A DNA stretch of 64,000 nucleotides from Camelus dromedarius (Eukaryota): positions 47,058,001-47,122,000 of the forward strand of contig NC_087436.1 of assembly GCF_036321535.1 (NCBI RefSeq), given 5' to 3'. Positions 11,666 through 23,535 of this stretch are shown in pieces. Positions within the stretch are counted from its first letter, which is position 1, and each line of letters starts with the position of its first letter. Position numbers and translations under genes: made by a program. The notes under the pieces were generated by a model. The model saw nothing but the letters and a program-made list of their open reading frames with translations, was not told where the DNA came from and did not search any database.

Positions 11666-12799
11666 CTTGTTAGAAAAGAACACATCTGTTCTGCCCTCAA
11701 TTGAAATGATATTTGCATTCTGTTACTAATTTATAAGATGTATTTATGTGTCTTTGATACTTGAGTTTCTTCATGACCCATTCCCAGAGTAGAGCCCAGA
11801 CTGTGGAGGGAGATGTTAGGTCCAGCATGTCTCATCTAAGCCTGAATTTCTATTAAAGATGCAATAATAGAGGCATTTATTGCAGTGATCCTAATGGCTG
11901 CATCATCATGGGAGAAAATATATGGTTAATGATTTGTTTAACTCTTAGATTTTCTAATTTGGAATTGAGGGAAACAAAACCATAATTCATGTTCTTTGTA
12001 CCCTTTTTAATATGCTAAAGGAAACAGCTTATCTCTCTCAAAGGAAAAAGAATTTTAATTACATACATGTTATATTTTAGCATATTTTATTTGTTAGTTG
12101 GATATATTCCATAGGACAATATTAAGTCTTTATTATAGTCTGTGCACATGTAATTCACTAGCACATGGGATGGTAAGAAGGAGAGCGACAGTCAAATATT
12201 TTGAGTTACAAATAAAAAATGGGCTAAGGACCTAGAATTTATGATATTCAGGATATGGTGGATGAGACAAACAAGATTCAGATTACTGGATTATTATAAA
12301 TCCTCTGGAATAAAAGCAGACTCTGGGCAACACGGTAACTCACATCTGTCCTTCCTACACTCACATGCTCCTCCTGCCCACCAGCACGCACAGCCTCTTA
12401 ACCATCACACCACAAGTCATCAGTGCTGCTTTACCTTTCTCTGCTCAGAAGTTGAAAATCTAAATCACAGTGTGAAGATAACTTTATGATATTTAAAATA
12501 TTACTTGGACCTTATGTTTTAATAGGACATCTCCGACTTTGGTGATATGTTTTGTTTTTGTAAACAAATGTTGAAGATAACTTATTTAACAGTTTTGTTC
12601 CTTTTAACTTCAAAATTTTGTACAGTTTGAAGAGTAATTATTTAGGAGGAGGCACCAAAGTATATCTTAATTAAAGTTAATTAAAGTCAATTTAAAAATA
12701 TTTAAAATAAAACCTCTGAATTTTTGACAAGCCAAAAGAATCTTAGTCTGAGTAAATAGCTTTATCCTGAGCAGAAAGGCCCAGACAGCCTCTCAGATT

Positions 12800-12875
12800 T
12801 TTTTCAAACTTATTTGAGGTATAATTGATAAATAAAAATTGTAAATATTAAAGGTGTACAAAATGATGTTTTGAT
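12800..12875 (-). mobile_element. Short L1M 3'-terminal fragment
   Basis: 'ttatttgaggtataattgataaataaaaattgtaaatattaaaggtgtacaaaatgatgttttgat' matches the antisense L1MA/MB terminus. Confidence 0.7.
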
Positions 12876-14514
12876 CAACTTCTCAGAATTTTAAAGAAAT
12901 ACTCAGAGCTCTTAATTGTAGCTCTTTAATTTTCAGTGACTACATACCTATTTAGTAACTTCATAAAAATTATTGGCAGGTGTCTCCCATTTTGTACTCT
13001 TGGCTATTTGGAGTTAGAACATTCTTACAAGCATAGCAGGGTAAACAATCACAAACATTTATGCTTTTGAAAGAAAAGTACAAGTCTTGTTGGAGGGCAC
13101 ATGAGCCTAAAGGATTTAATTGGACTCTTCAGGCACACTAAGAATCAAATACCATGTTTTATAATACATGTAAATCTTGCCTCTAGCTCTGCAGTTACAA
13201 AACTCCTAAAAGGCAAACTTCTGGGATTTGATCCTATGTATTGCTGAGCTTTTGAGATTTGAATGCGTTTTCCAAACCCAGAATGTTATTATGCAGCATA
13301 AGCATCTAAAGTTTTTTTTTTTTTTTTAAAAAAGGAAATTAAGGAGATGTATATTATTTCATTAGAAGTATTTGAACTGGCAATTTAGCACACACACATA
13401 TTGCTATTAAGATTAATGCTTCGATTTTAGAATGCTTGGTCATTGAATAGTCAGGCAACTCAAGTATTGAAGGTTTGGGGGGAATATGTATCGTAGAAGG
13501 ACAAAGCAGAAATGATAGAAAGATAAAAATTTTATAAAATGCTAAACCAACATGGAAATTTTAAAGGTAAGAGTTCTTCATAGAACTCACATAGTGTTTG
13601 CTTGTGCACCTTAGAAAAGATGAACTATGCTTTATAATTTTAAAGGTTTTAGTATCTTCTGGAAATTATTTTGCATTTAAGTTCAGAATTTTTTTTTCTC
13701 TTGCCCACCATGTTTTGTTTTGTTTTTCTACCTGAATTTTAGCCTTTGAAGGACTTAAGTCTTTTCACCCCATGTCATCAGCTTCCTATGAGTGGTTGCC
13801 CTGCTTCCAAGTAAAATGAGACCGGGTTTTGTTCTATTGGCCTGTTTGATAATTTTGTGATTTACTTTCTGTATGAACGGGTAAGGAAGAAGTCAACCTA
13901 AGGAATTTTAAAAGGATGTACTTAATCCCATACTGTTTTGATGTATCTTTGGGTGGGGGTGGAGGGGAGTGATGAAGCCAAAAAGAAGAGATTCCTGGGA
14001 GCCAGCCCATGGGGTGAGTGGGAGGAGGGTAGAAGGAATTCCAGGCTTCGAGTGGGGTTAGCCCCTGAAGGATGTGGAGTGGATAATTACCTGCACTGTA
14101 GGGCTTGGGGAGGCCTACAAGTCTCTGCTTGCCTAAAAATCTCTCCGCTGCTGGCAGTCCATTGAAGTGTCACTCAGCCGGCCTACTGGCTCCCAATTCC
14201 CACTGTTACAGGTTCTCTACAGACAAAGCCGGGGCGTTGCTGCCTAAGGCCCCTGCTTAATGCCTGTAACACAGACACTGCGGATGGGGAGGGCCTTAGG
14301 GGTGGGCTGACCTAACATTCTGGCTGGTAGACACAGCATTGTGCCTCTCCCAGGTGAGCCCAGCCCTCTGCAAGAGTCCCCCCTTCCCCTCTCGCTCTCC
14401 CACCATCTTCCACCCCTGCTGGGAGAGGCACCTGTGTTTTAGGACCATCACTGAGAGTAAATGGAATCACTCCTTCACATGGTGTTGAGACTACTGTCAT
14501 TTGCCTTCCTCTCA

Positions 14515-15055
14515 CTCTTTTTCCAGACTAAACATCCTTAGTTCTTCCAAGTCTGTACTCTCAGAACTTTTGCTGTTCTGGTTCCCCTCCTCGTTTCATG
14601 CTTTGTTTTGGTTCAATAAAGGCTTGAGGTTTGAACTCCTCAGTGCTTCAGATTGAGTCTAACCACTGCAGCACTGGGCTGGTCTGTGGTGTCCCTCATT
14701 CTAGTTCTGTTAATGTAACCACAGGTTTTAGAGTCTTAATCACTTCTTGACACCTAGGCTTAAAGTTAATTTGGGGCAATTAAAACTCCTGTCTTCCTCC
14801 AACATGTTGGTGTACGGACATATCAACTTGTAGTTTTGTATTAATCCGTATTAAATCCCCCTTCTCAATGTCACTTAGTCATTTTTAGCCACTTTTGGTC
14901 ATTTTGGATCCAATAATAGTGTTTTTTATTCTTCCCATTTTCTTGTCCTTTTGGAATTTGAAAGGCAGGCATCTTCATCCTCCTTAAAGTCATTGATGAA
15001 GATATACATAGAGGCAGGGCTAAGAACAGACTTATTGAGCCATTCATCAGTACCC
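14515..15055 (-). mobile_element. L3/CR1 LINE remnant
   Basis: 'ttttccagactaaacatccttagttcttcc', 'cagattgagtctaaccactgcag' and 'aaagtcattgatgaagatatacatagaggcagggctaagaacagac' follow the antisense CR1/L3 ORF2 region in order. Confidence 0.7.
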
Positions 15056-15069
15056 TTTGGGTATTTTAG

Positions 15070-15290
15070 AAGAGTCTTGTTGAGACTTTGGAATCAGATA
15101 AGAATCCTGGTTTTACCTTTGGCTTGCAGTGCGACCTGGAATGATAACTTCTCAAGATGTTAATATCCTCATATATAAAATGATGATAACTCCTGCTTCA
15201 TAGAACAGTTGTAAGGATTGGAGGTCATGTACGTAAATCATCTAACACAGTGCCTGGCACATAGTAGTGGTCAACAAAGATTAGTTCCCT
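15070..15290 (+). mobile_element. MIR SINE
   Basis: MIR 3' end 'gtacgtaaatcatctaacacagtgcctggcacatagtagtggtcaacaaagattagtt' preceded by a degenerate core. Confidence 0.8.
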
Positions 15291-15684
15291 TTTTTTCTGT
15301 GCTTTGGAATCACAGAGATAAAGTTTAATCCTTCATCCGTGGTCTTGTGTTAACTGAATCACTGTCTTGTCTGTTGGCTTCACAAGGCTTCTCTTTTCTA
15401 GGATTAAGTGCCAATTCCTTTGACTGCTCCTCCTGTGCCCTACATTACTGCACGTTTGAACTTTAGATAAAGAAATAAGTTTGCTTTGGATGAGTAGTTG
15501 ACCTTTTACCTAGTCCTCTTTCTGCACTGGATTAATTTATCAGTCGATAATTTAGAATGATGACATGGAGGAGGAGGCATCGTGGGTAAAAGGGAGGTGT
15601 GTGATAGCTATCTTCAGACAGTTAAGGACTGCTGGTGTGGAAGGAGTAGACTTACCTTGTATAATTGCAAAGGACGAAATTATA

Positions 15685-16008
15685 CAGATCCACAGTCCTT
15701 TATAAATTTGGAATTGAAGAATACCTGAAAATTGTATTTTTTTTAAATAAATTTGGTGGCAAAATCTGACCCTAATTAATGTGAAGTTATTTATAAGCTT
15801 TATTACACTAAGTGTAAATATTCATATGCCTCACTGCAAAAATATGTTTGATTACAGAGTACTGTCCTGGTCCCCACTGAGGGCAATACATAACACACAG
15901 TATGTATGCCATGTTGCTTTTCTAAAATCTGAAAAATTAAGTTATAAAATATATGGTCCCAAGGGTTTTAGATAACCCTTGGGATTTAGATAAGTGATTG
16001 TGGGCCTG
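15685..16008 (-). mobile_element. MER46C-like TcMar-Tigger non-autonomous DNA transposon
   Basis: Imperfect terminal inverted repeats (left 'cagatccacagtcctttat', right revcomp 'caggcccacaatcacttat'), TA on both sides (15683-15684, 16009-16010), and internal 'cagattttgccaccaaat' and 'gtaatcaaaca' (minus strand) match the recalled MER46C consensus. Confidence 0.8.
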
Positions 16009-16397
16009 TACCAATGGGTGAACAGAAATCATAGCAAGACGAATACCAGTCTATTTTAGGAAAGATTTTCTCACATACTTGACAATAAAGTGGGATTATT
16101 TTCCAACATGATGACACCTCCAACACTGAGATCATTCGTGGTGGGGGTGAGGAGGTGCTAGGAAACCATCTCTTATAGATGTTGTCAAGAGAGTTTATAG
16201 AGTAGGAAACTGAGTCTATGAAGTCTCTTCCAATCCTACATGCCAGAGTGTGGGCATCTAAAGATGGAGAAGCCCGTAATTGCTTTACATTTATTACTTA
16301 TGTCTCATGATTACATAGAATGCTATAGTCATTGTAAAGTTTAAATTCTAAATAAAGGTTGTATGATAAACTTTGATTTCATGAGGTTGATCTGACT

Positions 16398-16578
16398 CAG
16401 GGGTTCTCAAAGCTTGGTCTGGGCATCAGCAGCATCAGCATCACCTGGAAATTTCTTAGAAATGCAAATTTCTATTTCTATCCCAGATCTACCCAGAACC
16501 TGTGAGGTGAGGTCCTGAAACCTGTTTTATTAAGCCCTCCAGGTGATTCTGACGCATGCTAATTCACTAAGATTACTG
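16398..16578 (+). mobile_element. MER5A hAT-Charlie MITE
   Basis: 'caggggttctcaaagc...cagcagcatcagcatcacctggaaatttcttagaaatgcaaatt...aagccctccaggtgattctgacgcatgcta' is a close match to MER5A. Confidence 0.9.
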
Positions 16579-16949
16579 AGTACTTTCCATGAAGAAAACA
16601 CCTGCAGGGACCCCATGGGGCCTGCAATCCAGGTAGTATTTTGAAAAGGCTATAAATGAAACTCAAAATTCGGAAGAAGAGTAGGGGAGGAGTAAAGGAA
16701 TTCTGATTGGGATAATGAGAAAAGGCTTATTGGGAAGAGTGTGCCTTAAGATGGGTAAGACTTTGGGGGTACAGAATGGGATAGTATTCCTGGCTCAGGA
16801 GAAGGAACAGTTACCTCCCCACTGGAGAACTCAGTTGTCTCTAGAATGCCAGTGATTGACATAGCACTCACAAGGGAGGGCTAAGACAATATATCAGCCA
16901 GACTACTGGGTTACATTTTTCACATACTTTGGATGTGATATCAATGCTT

Positions 16950-17105
16950 TTTGGACCCAAGTGCTGTACCTATTTTTTTATCCTTGTTAAATTTCATCTT
17001 GGTCGAATAGGCGTATTATCTAGTCCTGTAATGTTTTGGATTCCTGAATCTCTCACCTCTGTTGCCTAATTAAATCCTCATCCAAGTCATCAATAAAAAT
17101 TTCAA
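16950..17105 (-). mobile_element. L3/CR1 LINE remnant (second piece)
   Basis: 'cccaagtgctgtacc...tatccttgttaaatttcatcttg...cctcatccaagtcatcaataaaaattt' matches antisense L3. Confidence 0.65.
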
Positions 17106-19747
17106 ATTTGCATTTGAAATCTCCCTCCAGGTTGACCTAAATGCTAACATTGTGTCAGTGCACTTGCTGAACTAGAAAGAAATAATTTTGATTTCCTGTG
17201 TGGTTTGTTTAAAAAAAAAGTCCCATTGTTTTATCGTCATACCCTAGACAACACACTACTAAATTTTTTACTGGGGACTTTTTTATATTTTAAGCTTTTT
17301 ATTGTAAGATGTACTTTATACTATATGATAAGCTACCCAATGGCAGGATTTTGTCTAATTTTTAGCCTGTCAGAAACTACATTTTTATTTTACTCTCTCC
17401 CAAGAGTCCATGCCTCACAGAAGCCACACTGGTGACAAGCAGCATGTGCTTACAGGCTTGTGTCGGCATCTACCCAAAGCAAAGGCGCACAGATGGGTCT
17501 TCCAGAACCTTCCCTTAGGCTGCTTAGGCAGTTTGTGGAAACTGACTTTAATACTGTTGCCTAAGAGTTCATGGTGTTTCCAGATGTCTTTCTTTTGACT
17601 AAAATTTTCTCTAATGATAGATGGAAGTATGTTTTTGTGATGGCCTCTTGCATGATTTTGTAGGTGTGATTTTGCCTAGGTACTTTGGAGTGGGTTAAGT
17701 TAGGAAAAACTATTTCTATATAGCACCCATCACCACAGTATAATAGTTTGATGTTGTTTAAAACAAACAAACAAAAAACCCCAAAACATACAAACAAAAA
17801 AATGTGTTCCTTATTTATTTTCTTTCTTCATTGGTTAAGGACGAACCTAAGCTCCAGGAAGCAACTGGGGAGGCGGGAAAGGGAACATGTTATTTTCACT
17901 TCATAGCTAATTAACTGGAAAGCCTTTTGATGAACAGTAAACAGTTAACAATATAATCATAGGCTGATAACACAGCATCATAGGACTGTCAACATAAGAG
18001 AGCATCCTTATGCCTTTAAGGATCTCAACATTATCCGGATAGATAGCTATCTGTCAAGCTCTTAATGGCTTCATTTTTAAAGAGAATCTTATAAGCAGTC
18101 CTAGTAATTGGTTCTGGTCACCTGTGTTTCAGGCTGTCCTGCCTCCTTTTTTTTAACCTCAATTCCAGCTGCTACTCTAAAAGTCCTTGTTATGAAGGGA
18201 GAGATTTTAAGGACTATTTTAACTCATTCCTAAACTCAAAAGGAGATGAACGAAGTACTGTTTTTCTGTAAGTGATCATCGGGACTGATGAGGTTATGGA
18301 AAAAAAGAAATGAAAACGGGATCACTATTGACTACCTCAGTGACTCTTCACTCTGTAAATAGCGATGCTACCTGTAAGATGGTTTACGGGGACAATGTTT
18401 CTTTCCTAAATTGGTACCATTTATTATTGGTACTTCAGACAGGCTGAGAAAATTGTTCAAAGAATACACCATGTGATTCCTAGGGTTACACCCAAGTGAG
18501 TGTCCAATATTGATACCATGTGTTTGTGCCTAAGATTTGCAGCTAGCTTGTCCTAACATAAGGTAAATTTAATACATTTCTAGCTTTATTAAACAGTTCA
18601 AGTGCCAAGATATGACCTGAATTAACTGGGAACAGTTTGTTGTTGGATAGACTTACAAAGAATGAGAAGATAGCTTTGTTGTTTGTCTGTTAAGTGGAAT
18701 ACCCAGAGCAGTATTTTTGTTCTATATCTGGAATTTTCTCAGAATCCAGAAAAGTGTTGTTTTACTTGGATTGTTCTGTCTCCTTCTGTCTCTCCATTAT
18801 TCATGAATGACCATGTTTTTGAGAACAAAGCATTCAAAATTCATGTAATCTCTACATGGTTTGAGCTTCTAATTTTTTTCTTACCCCTCTTAAAAAAAAG
18901 TGACTCTGAATCTTCAAGAAGCTATGATTCAGAGATATTTTTCCTCCTAAAGTTATAATTTTCTCTGGAATTCTAGTGCTCTTATAACACTAGAGGCAAA
19001 GAGAGCATTCTAATTCACCACTGGTTCTTGGGAATGGAAAGGGTTTGTGTTTTTCTGTCTCTTTCTAGTGAGCTGGTTGGAACTGACCAGAGTTCCATAT
19101 AATCAGAAAGACTGTGAAGACTGCACGGTGTTCAGGGAAACTTGGTTTTCTGTATTTCTTTTTCTTCTTTCCTTGGAAGCAGCAGGTTTGGTAATGTCAG
19201 GAATGGGAAAATGAACAGAAACAGAAGAGATGTCCTGATTCAGCTTTAGGAGTGGAGCAGAGGGAGGGGTGAAGGATAGTGTCCAGTGGACACTTTTGGG
19301 TTTCACCTGGCTTTATTTTCTAAAGTAAAGTAAAAATGGTGCCTATGATTTAATAGTGTGGGAAGTGCTCATTTATTTTATCTGTGATAATGTTTATTTG
19401 ATTGCTACAAACAGCCATTTATAATAGGCATTTTTACGGGTTCTTTTCCTCTTATTTTTATATTATTAAAGCAACAACAAAGGAAATAAAATGAGCTAGT
19501 TCATACACAGCCTACCACCCTATAATAAATAACTTTTTTCATTATTTATGATCTTTTCTATTTTTCAGTCTTTTGCCCGTGTACATATGTATTTTTGACA
19601 TTTAAAAAAAATCTCATCTGTTTAGATAATATATATCCTTTCAAAAAGAATGGGTGCTGTATCTTAACTGTATATTTATTGTCTAGTCAAAATGAATGTA
19701 TTTCACAGTTTAGAAAAGAACATTTTAAATACAACTTTAAAATAAGT

Positions 19748-20000
19748 TAGGCTCTTAAAAACAAATTTATGGTTACCATAAGGGAGAGGCAGGAGGGAGC
19801 GATGAATTAGAAGTATGGGATTAACAGATACAAACAACTGTACGTAAAATAGATAACCGCCAGGGATTTACTGTGTAGCACAGGGAATTATACCCAATAT
19901 CTTATAATCACCTATAATGGGATATAATCTGCAAAAAAAAAAACTGAGTCATTATGCTGTACATCTGAAACTAACACAGTATTGTAAATCAGCTGTATTT
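19748..20000 (+). mobile_element. Young 5'-truncated L1 3'UTR insertion (cetartiodactyl/camelid type)
   Basis: 'aaacaaatttatggttacc...gtatgggattaacagatacaaacaactgtacgtaaaatagataac...tagcacagggaattatacccaatatctt...gctgtacatctgaaactaacacagtattgtaaatcagctgtatttcaa'; flanked by a direct repeat at 19732-19747 and 20001-20017. Confidence 0.9.
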
Positions 20001-20739
20001 CAACTTTAAAAATAAGTAATGTCTTTCTAAAGGGCAGAAAAAAAAAGTTCTGACTCTTTACTTTCAGTCAACAATTTATCCTTTAAAAAAAGTTCTGTTT
20101 TTTTTTTTCTTGAGATTTTAATCCTGCCTTGCTTTTCTACCAGTGACTGATTTCTTGTCAAGCTTTTATGGATACAACTTTTTTTAATGGTAACTAAACA
20201 ATTTTGCTTATATTATAAACATTGACATTTAGGAGCTCTTGTTCTAGTTTTATTCATGTTTTTTTTTCTTGAACCCCTAACTTGTCTTTGGAGGGTAAGA
20301 CTGAAGGTCCTTGTGAAGGTCCTGACTGCTGGATTCCCTCCATTAGTAAAAGGTCCTCTCATGGGAACTCCACAGTGGATGACCACTGTCACTTCTGTAC
20401 TAGGACTTGCATGTACATTTCTTTTTGAGAGTACTGTCTCTTCCTGAGAACTGTACATAATTCACTTGCTGTTTTTCCCCAGCCATCACATACTGTGAAA
20501 ACTTACTCTACATATGTTGCATTAGCAAACCTCCAGTGGCTGGAGAGAGAAAGAAGTAGGGCTTATGGGATTGAAATGTCCAGCACTGGACCCTACAGAG
20601 AAGATTCAGGGCCATGGTCAAAAGCCCCAGAAAAAAGGACACAAGGACAGACAACTGATCCTTGACCTCATTCTCGTTGCTTGGCCCCAGACACTTAAAA
20701 CTTTAAATCCCTATTTCCCACAGTTCAGCCTTCAGTTGG

Positions 20740-20846
20740 TTTTTTTTTTGTTTGTTTGTTTGTTTGTTTTTGCAGATTATATTCCATTATAGGTGATTAT
20801 AAGATATTGGGTAATTCCCTGTGCTACACAGTAAATCCCTGTTGGT
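20740..20846 (-). mobile_element. Very short L1 3'UTR fragment with A-rich/(AAAC)n tail
   Basis: Reverse complement 'accaacagggatttactgtgtagcacagggaattacccaatatcttataatcacctataatggaatataatctgcaaaaacaaacaaac', the same family as 19748-20000. Confidence 0.85.
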
Positions 20847-21634
20847 ACAAGTTGTTCTCCATACATCCATAAGTTCTCTGTGACCTCCTTTTTCCCCACT
20901 ATGTATTTACTTTTCTAAAATCTCTGATTCCTGACAGTGGCAAGAGTGCTGCAATACATTTTCTGCTTCAGTAAGTGAGAAGCAGCTACAGTACACGTTC
21001 AGTTGAGTGGGATGTGCTGTAAGATCAGTTCCAGACGCTGCCTGTAGTCCCTGAGGTAGTTTGATGGGTGGTTTTCAAATCCATGGAGAAAAAGAGAAAA
21101 CATGAAATTTACAACACAAGGGTAATTGTAAATAACTTCTTACCCACAGTGAACCTTTGGCTTGCTTCTTTCTACCTCCATTCCCTCCAGCTCTCTTCAG
21201 CCTCTCTCTCTGGATGTTCATATGAGATTCAGCTTCAGTGATTTATATAGAGTCTTCACGTGCTCAGCATTTCCTTAGGAACACAACTTTATAGATGAAG
21301 TAGCAATTTTTAGATGTCTTTCATTCCTTATCAGTCCCCCTAATGTGGAGGACTTTGAGGTAACATAAGGAGCCCTTCCGAAGGATAATTCAAAGAATTG
21401 CTTTGTCAGGTGGGAAGTTACAAGTGCAGTCACGAGCCTCTCCCAGGTTTCAGCGTGCTCTTCTTTCTGCCAAAATGCTCCCCCACGTGGAAAACTCCTG
21501 CTTGGCCACTGACCCTGCTTACATGTCACGTCTCCTAAGATCTTCTTAAGCCCTAGTTGGCCTTAATACACCTGTAGAATTTTTTTTTAATTCATGCCTC
21601 ACTTATAACATTTTCCACATTGTACGGAAAGTTA

Positions 21635-21770
21635 TTAATTTACATCTCATCCCTCTCATTAGACTGTGCACATATTCCTCAGGACAGAGACCACCCTTGT
21701 ATGATTAGTCCCTAAAACTGAGCACATAAACACAAGTCAGTGAATGATAAATCAGTAAGTGAATGGCAGT
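21635..21770 (+). mobile_element. L2 3' end
   Basis: 'attagactgtgcacatattcctcaggacagagaccacccttgt...aaactgagcacataaac...gtgaatgataaatcagtaagtgaatg'. Confidence 0.65.
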
Positions 21771-23424
21771 TTTCACCTCGTTTTTTAAGAAGGATAAAAA
21801 ATGAGTTGAGTATGTTGAGAAACTATTACAGTCTTGATTAATTATTCTAATTATGACTTAACCTAACTCTGATCCTTTTACCCACCTTTCCTTCATCCGT
21901 ATCACACCTTTTTGTACATATCAAAAGGCACAGGAAGGTCAAATTCAAACTAATCAGTTTAGGACTTAATTAGATGAAAAATTTTGATTGGGAAGGTTGA
22001 CATAAGTAACTTAAAAAACTTTTAAACACTTACTAAAAGTATCTATCATACCTGTTTTTCATTATTGTCAAAAATCTAGAACTTTTTTTTATACATTTGT
22101 GTATGAAACTTCTTACAATTGAAGAAACTTATAATTGGAGCTTTAAGTTCTTGGTAGAAAATGAGAGAATTCCAGAACATAATTAAGAGCACTGGACTCT
22201 GGAATAGGACCATTTCCTGAAACAAACAACAAAAAATTACCCCATTCCAATAAAGTTGTCTCATGTTCATCTAAGAACTTAAATCTTAAGAATTGGAGGT
22301 TATGGGTAGTTTTGTTGGTTTGGGGGGGTAAAAAATATGATCAGTGTTCGCACTTTTATGATTAGTAACTTTTTTAACTTAGAGTTCTAAATAATACAGT
22401 ATAATACATTTAGGATTACCTCATAGGTGAACTATGATAGATTTAATCAGCCTTTATGGATTACATTAAATGGAAGTTTCAGGCAAGCCTTGGCCTCTCT
22501 TTAGTGGTAAAACTGCACATTCACTACTGAATAGCTAGCCATAGGTAATTTTCATTTAGTTCATGTCATACCTGTAGTTTTTCAGTGATTTCTGTAAAGA
22601 AACACTCCCTGCCATAATACCCAAAAGAATGCAACAAAAAAATTCTTATAATACAATAATTAAATGTAAGGGCAAATAGTCTTAAATACTTCAATAAAGG
22701 GAGTAGATAAAGAAAACTAGAACATTTACACTACTGCATTTAAACCATCTGTTGTAGGTCAGTTGTTTACAAAATTTGACTACTGAGCTATTTTCCAAAT
22801 TCATATGCTTTAAAGAAAAAAAAGATTCTAAGGCGGTGTCATGCAGAAAACAAATGATTTTTCTGAAAGACCTCAAAGTTGCAAAATCTTAATACCATAT
22901 AAACTATCAATAATATGTACATATCTGCTGAATTTTCACAGATTTTCAGTAGTTTATCAAGTAAATTCTAAAACACTAAACATTTCAACTGTAATAGTGG
23001 GAAATTTAAAAATGATAATGTGTGGCAGGATATATTTAAAAGAGAGCTGGAATTCTTCCACTGTAATATTGTTATGATAATGACTGAATTATATTGAACT
23101 GGTAAATATAATGAATACTCCTAAGCTCAGTGCATTAGTCTAGAGAAAAATAATTGCTAGTCTACAATGGGAAAATATGTTGGTATTTAGAATTCTAAAT
23201 TGGAAGGAGCTAAATTCCATATGATTAGCCTCTCAGCAGATAATTGATTTCAGATTTAACAAGTCAAAAATAATGTTTCCCACAGCTTGGTACCAATAAT
23301 GCTACATTAAAATACATGGAACAAATCTGGTAATACATAGAAAGGAATGTTAGAAAATCTAAGTTTTAGTCCTAGGTCCAAGTTGGATTTTGGACAGATT
23401 GCTTGCAGATAAAAGAGTGTGGAA

Positions 23425-23535
23425 ATCCAGAAATGCATATCAATAGTTGAATAGATAAAGAAGATGCAGCATATATGTATATGTAATGGAATACAAATAA
23501 CCCATAAGAAAGAAGGATTGCCATTTGTGGCCCTT
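23425..23535 (+). mobile_element. L1 ORF2 3'-end fragment
   Basis: 'aaatgcatatcaatagttgaatagataaagaagatgcagcatatatgtatatgtaatggaatac...ttgccatttgtggc' matches the L1 ORF2 C-terminal region. Confidence 0.75.
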
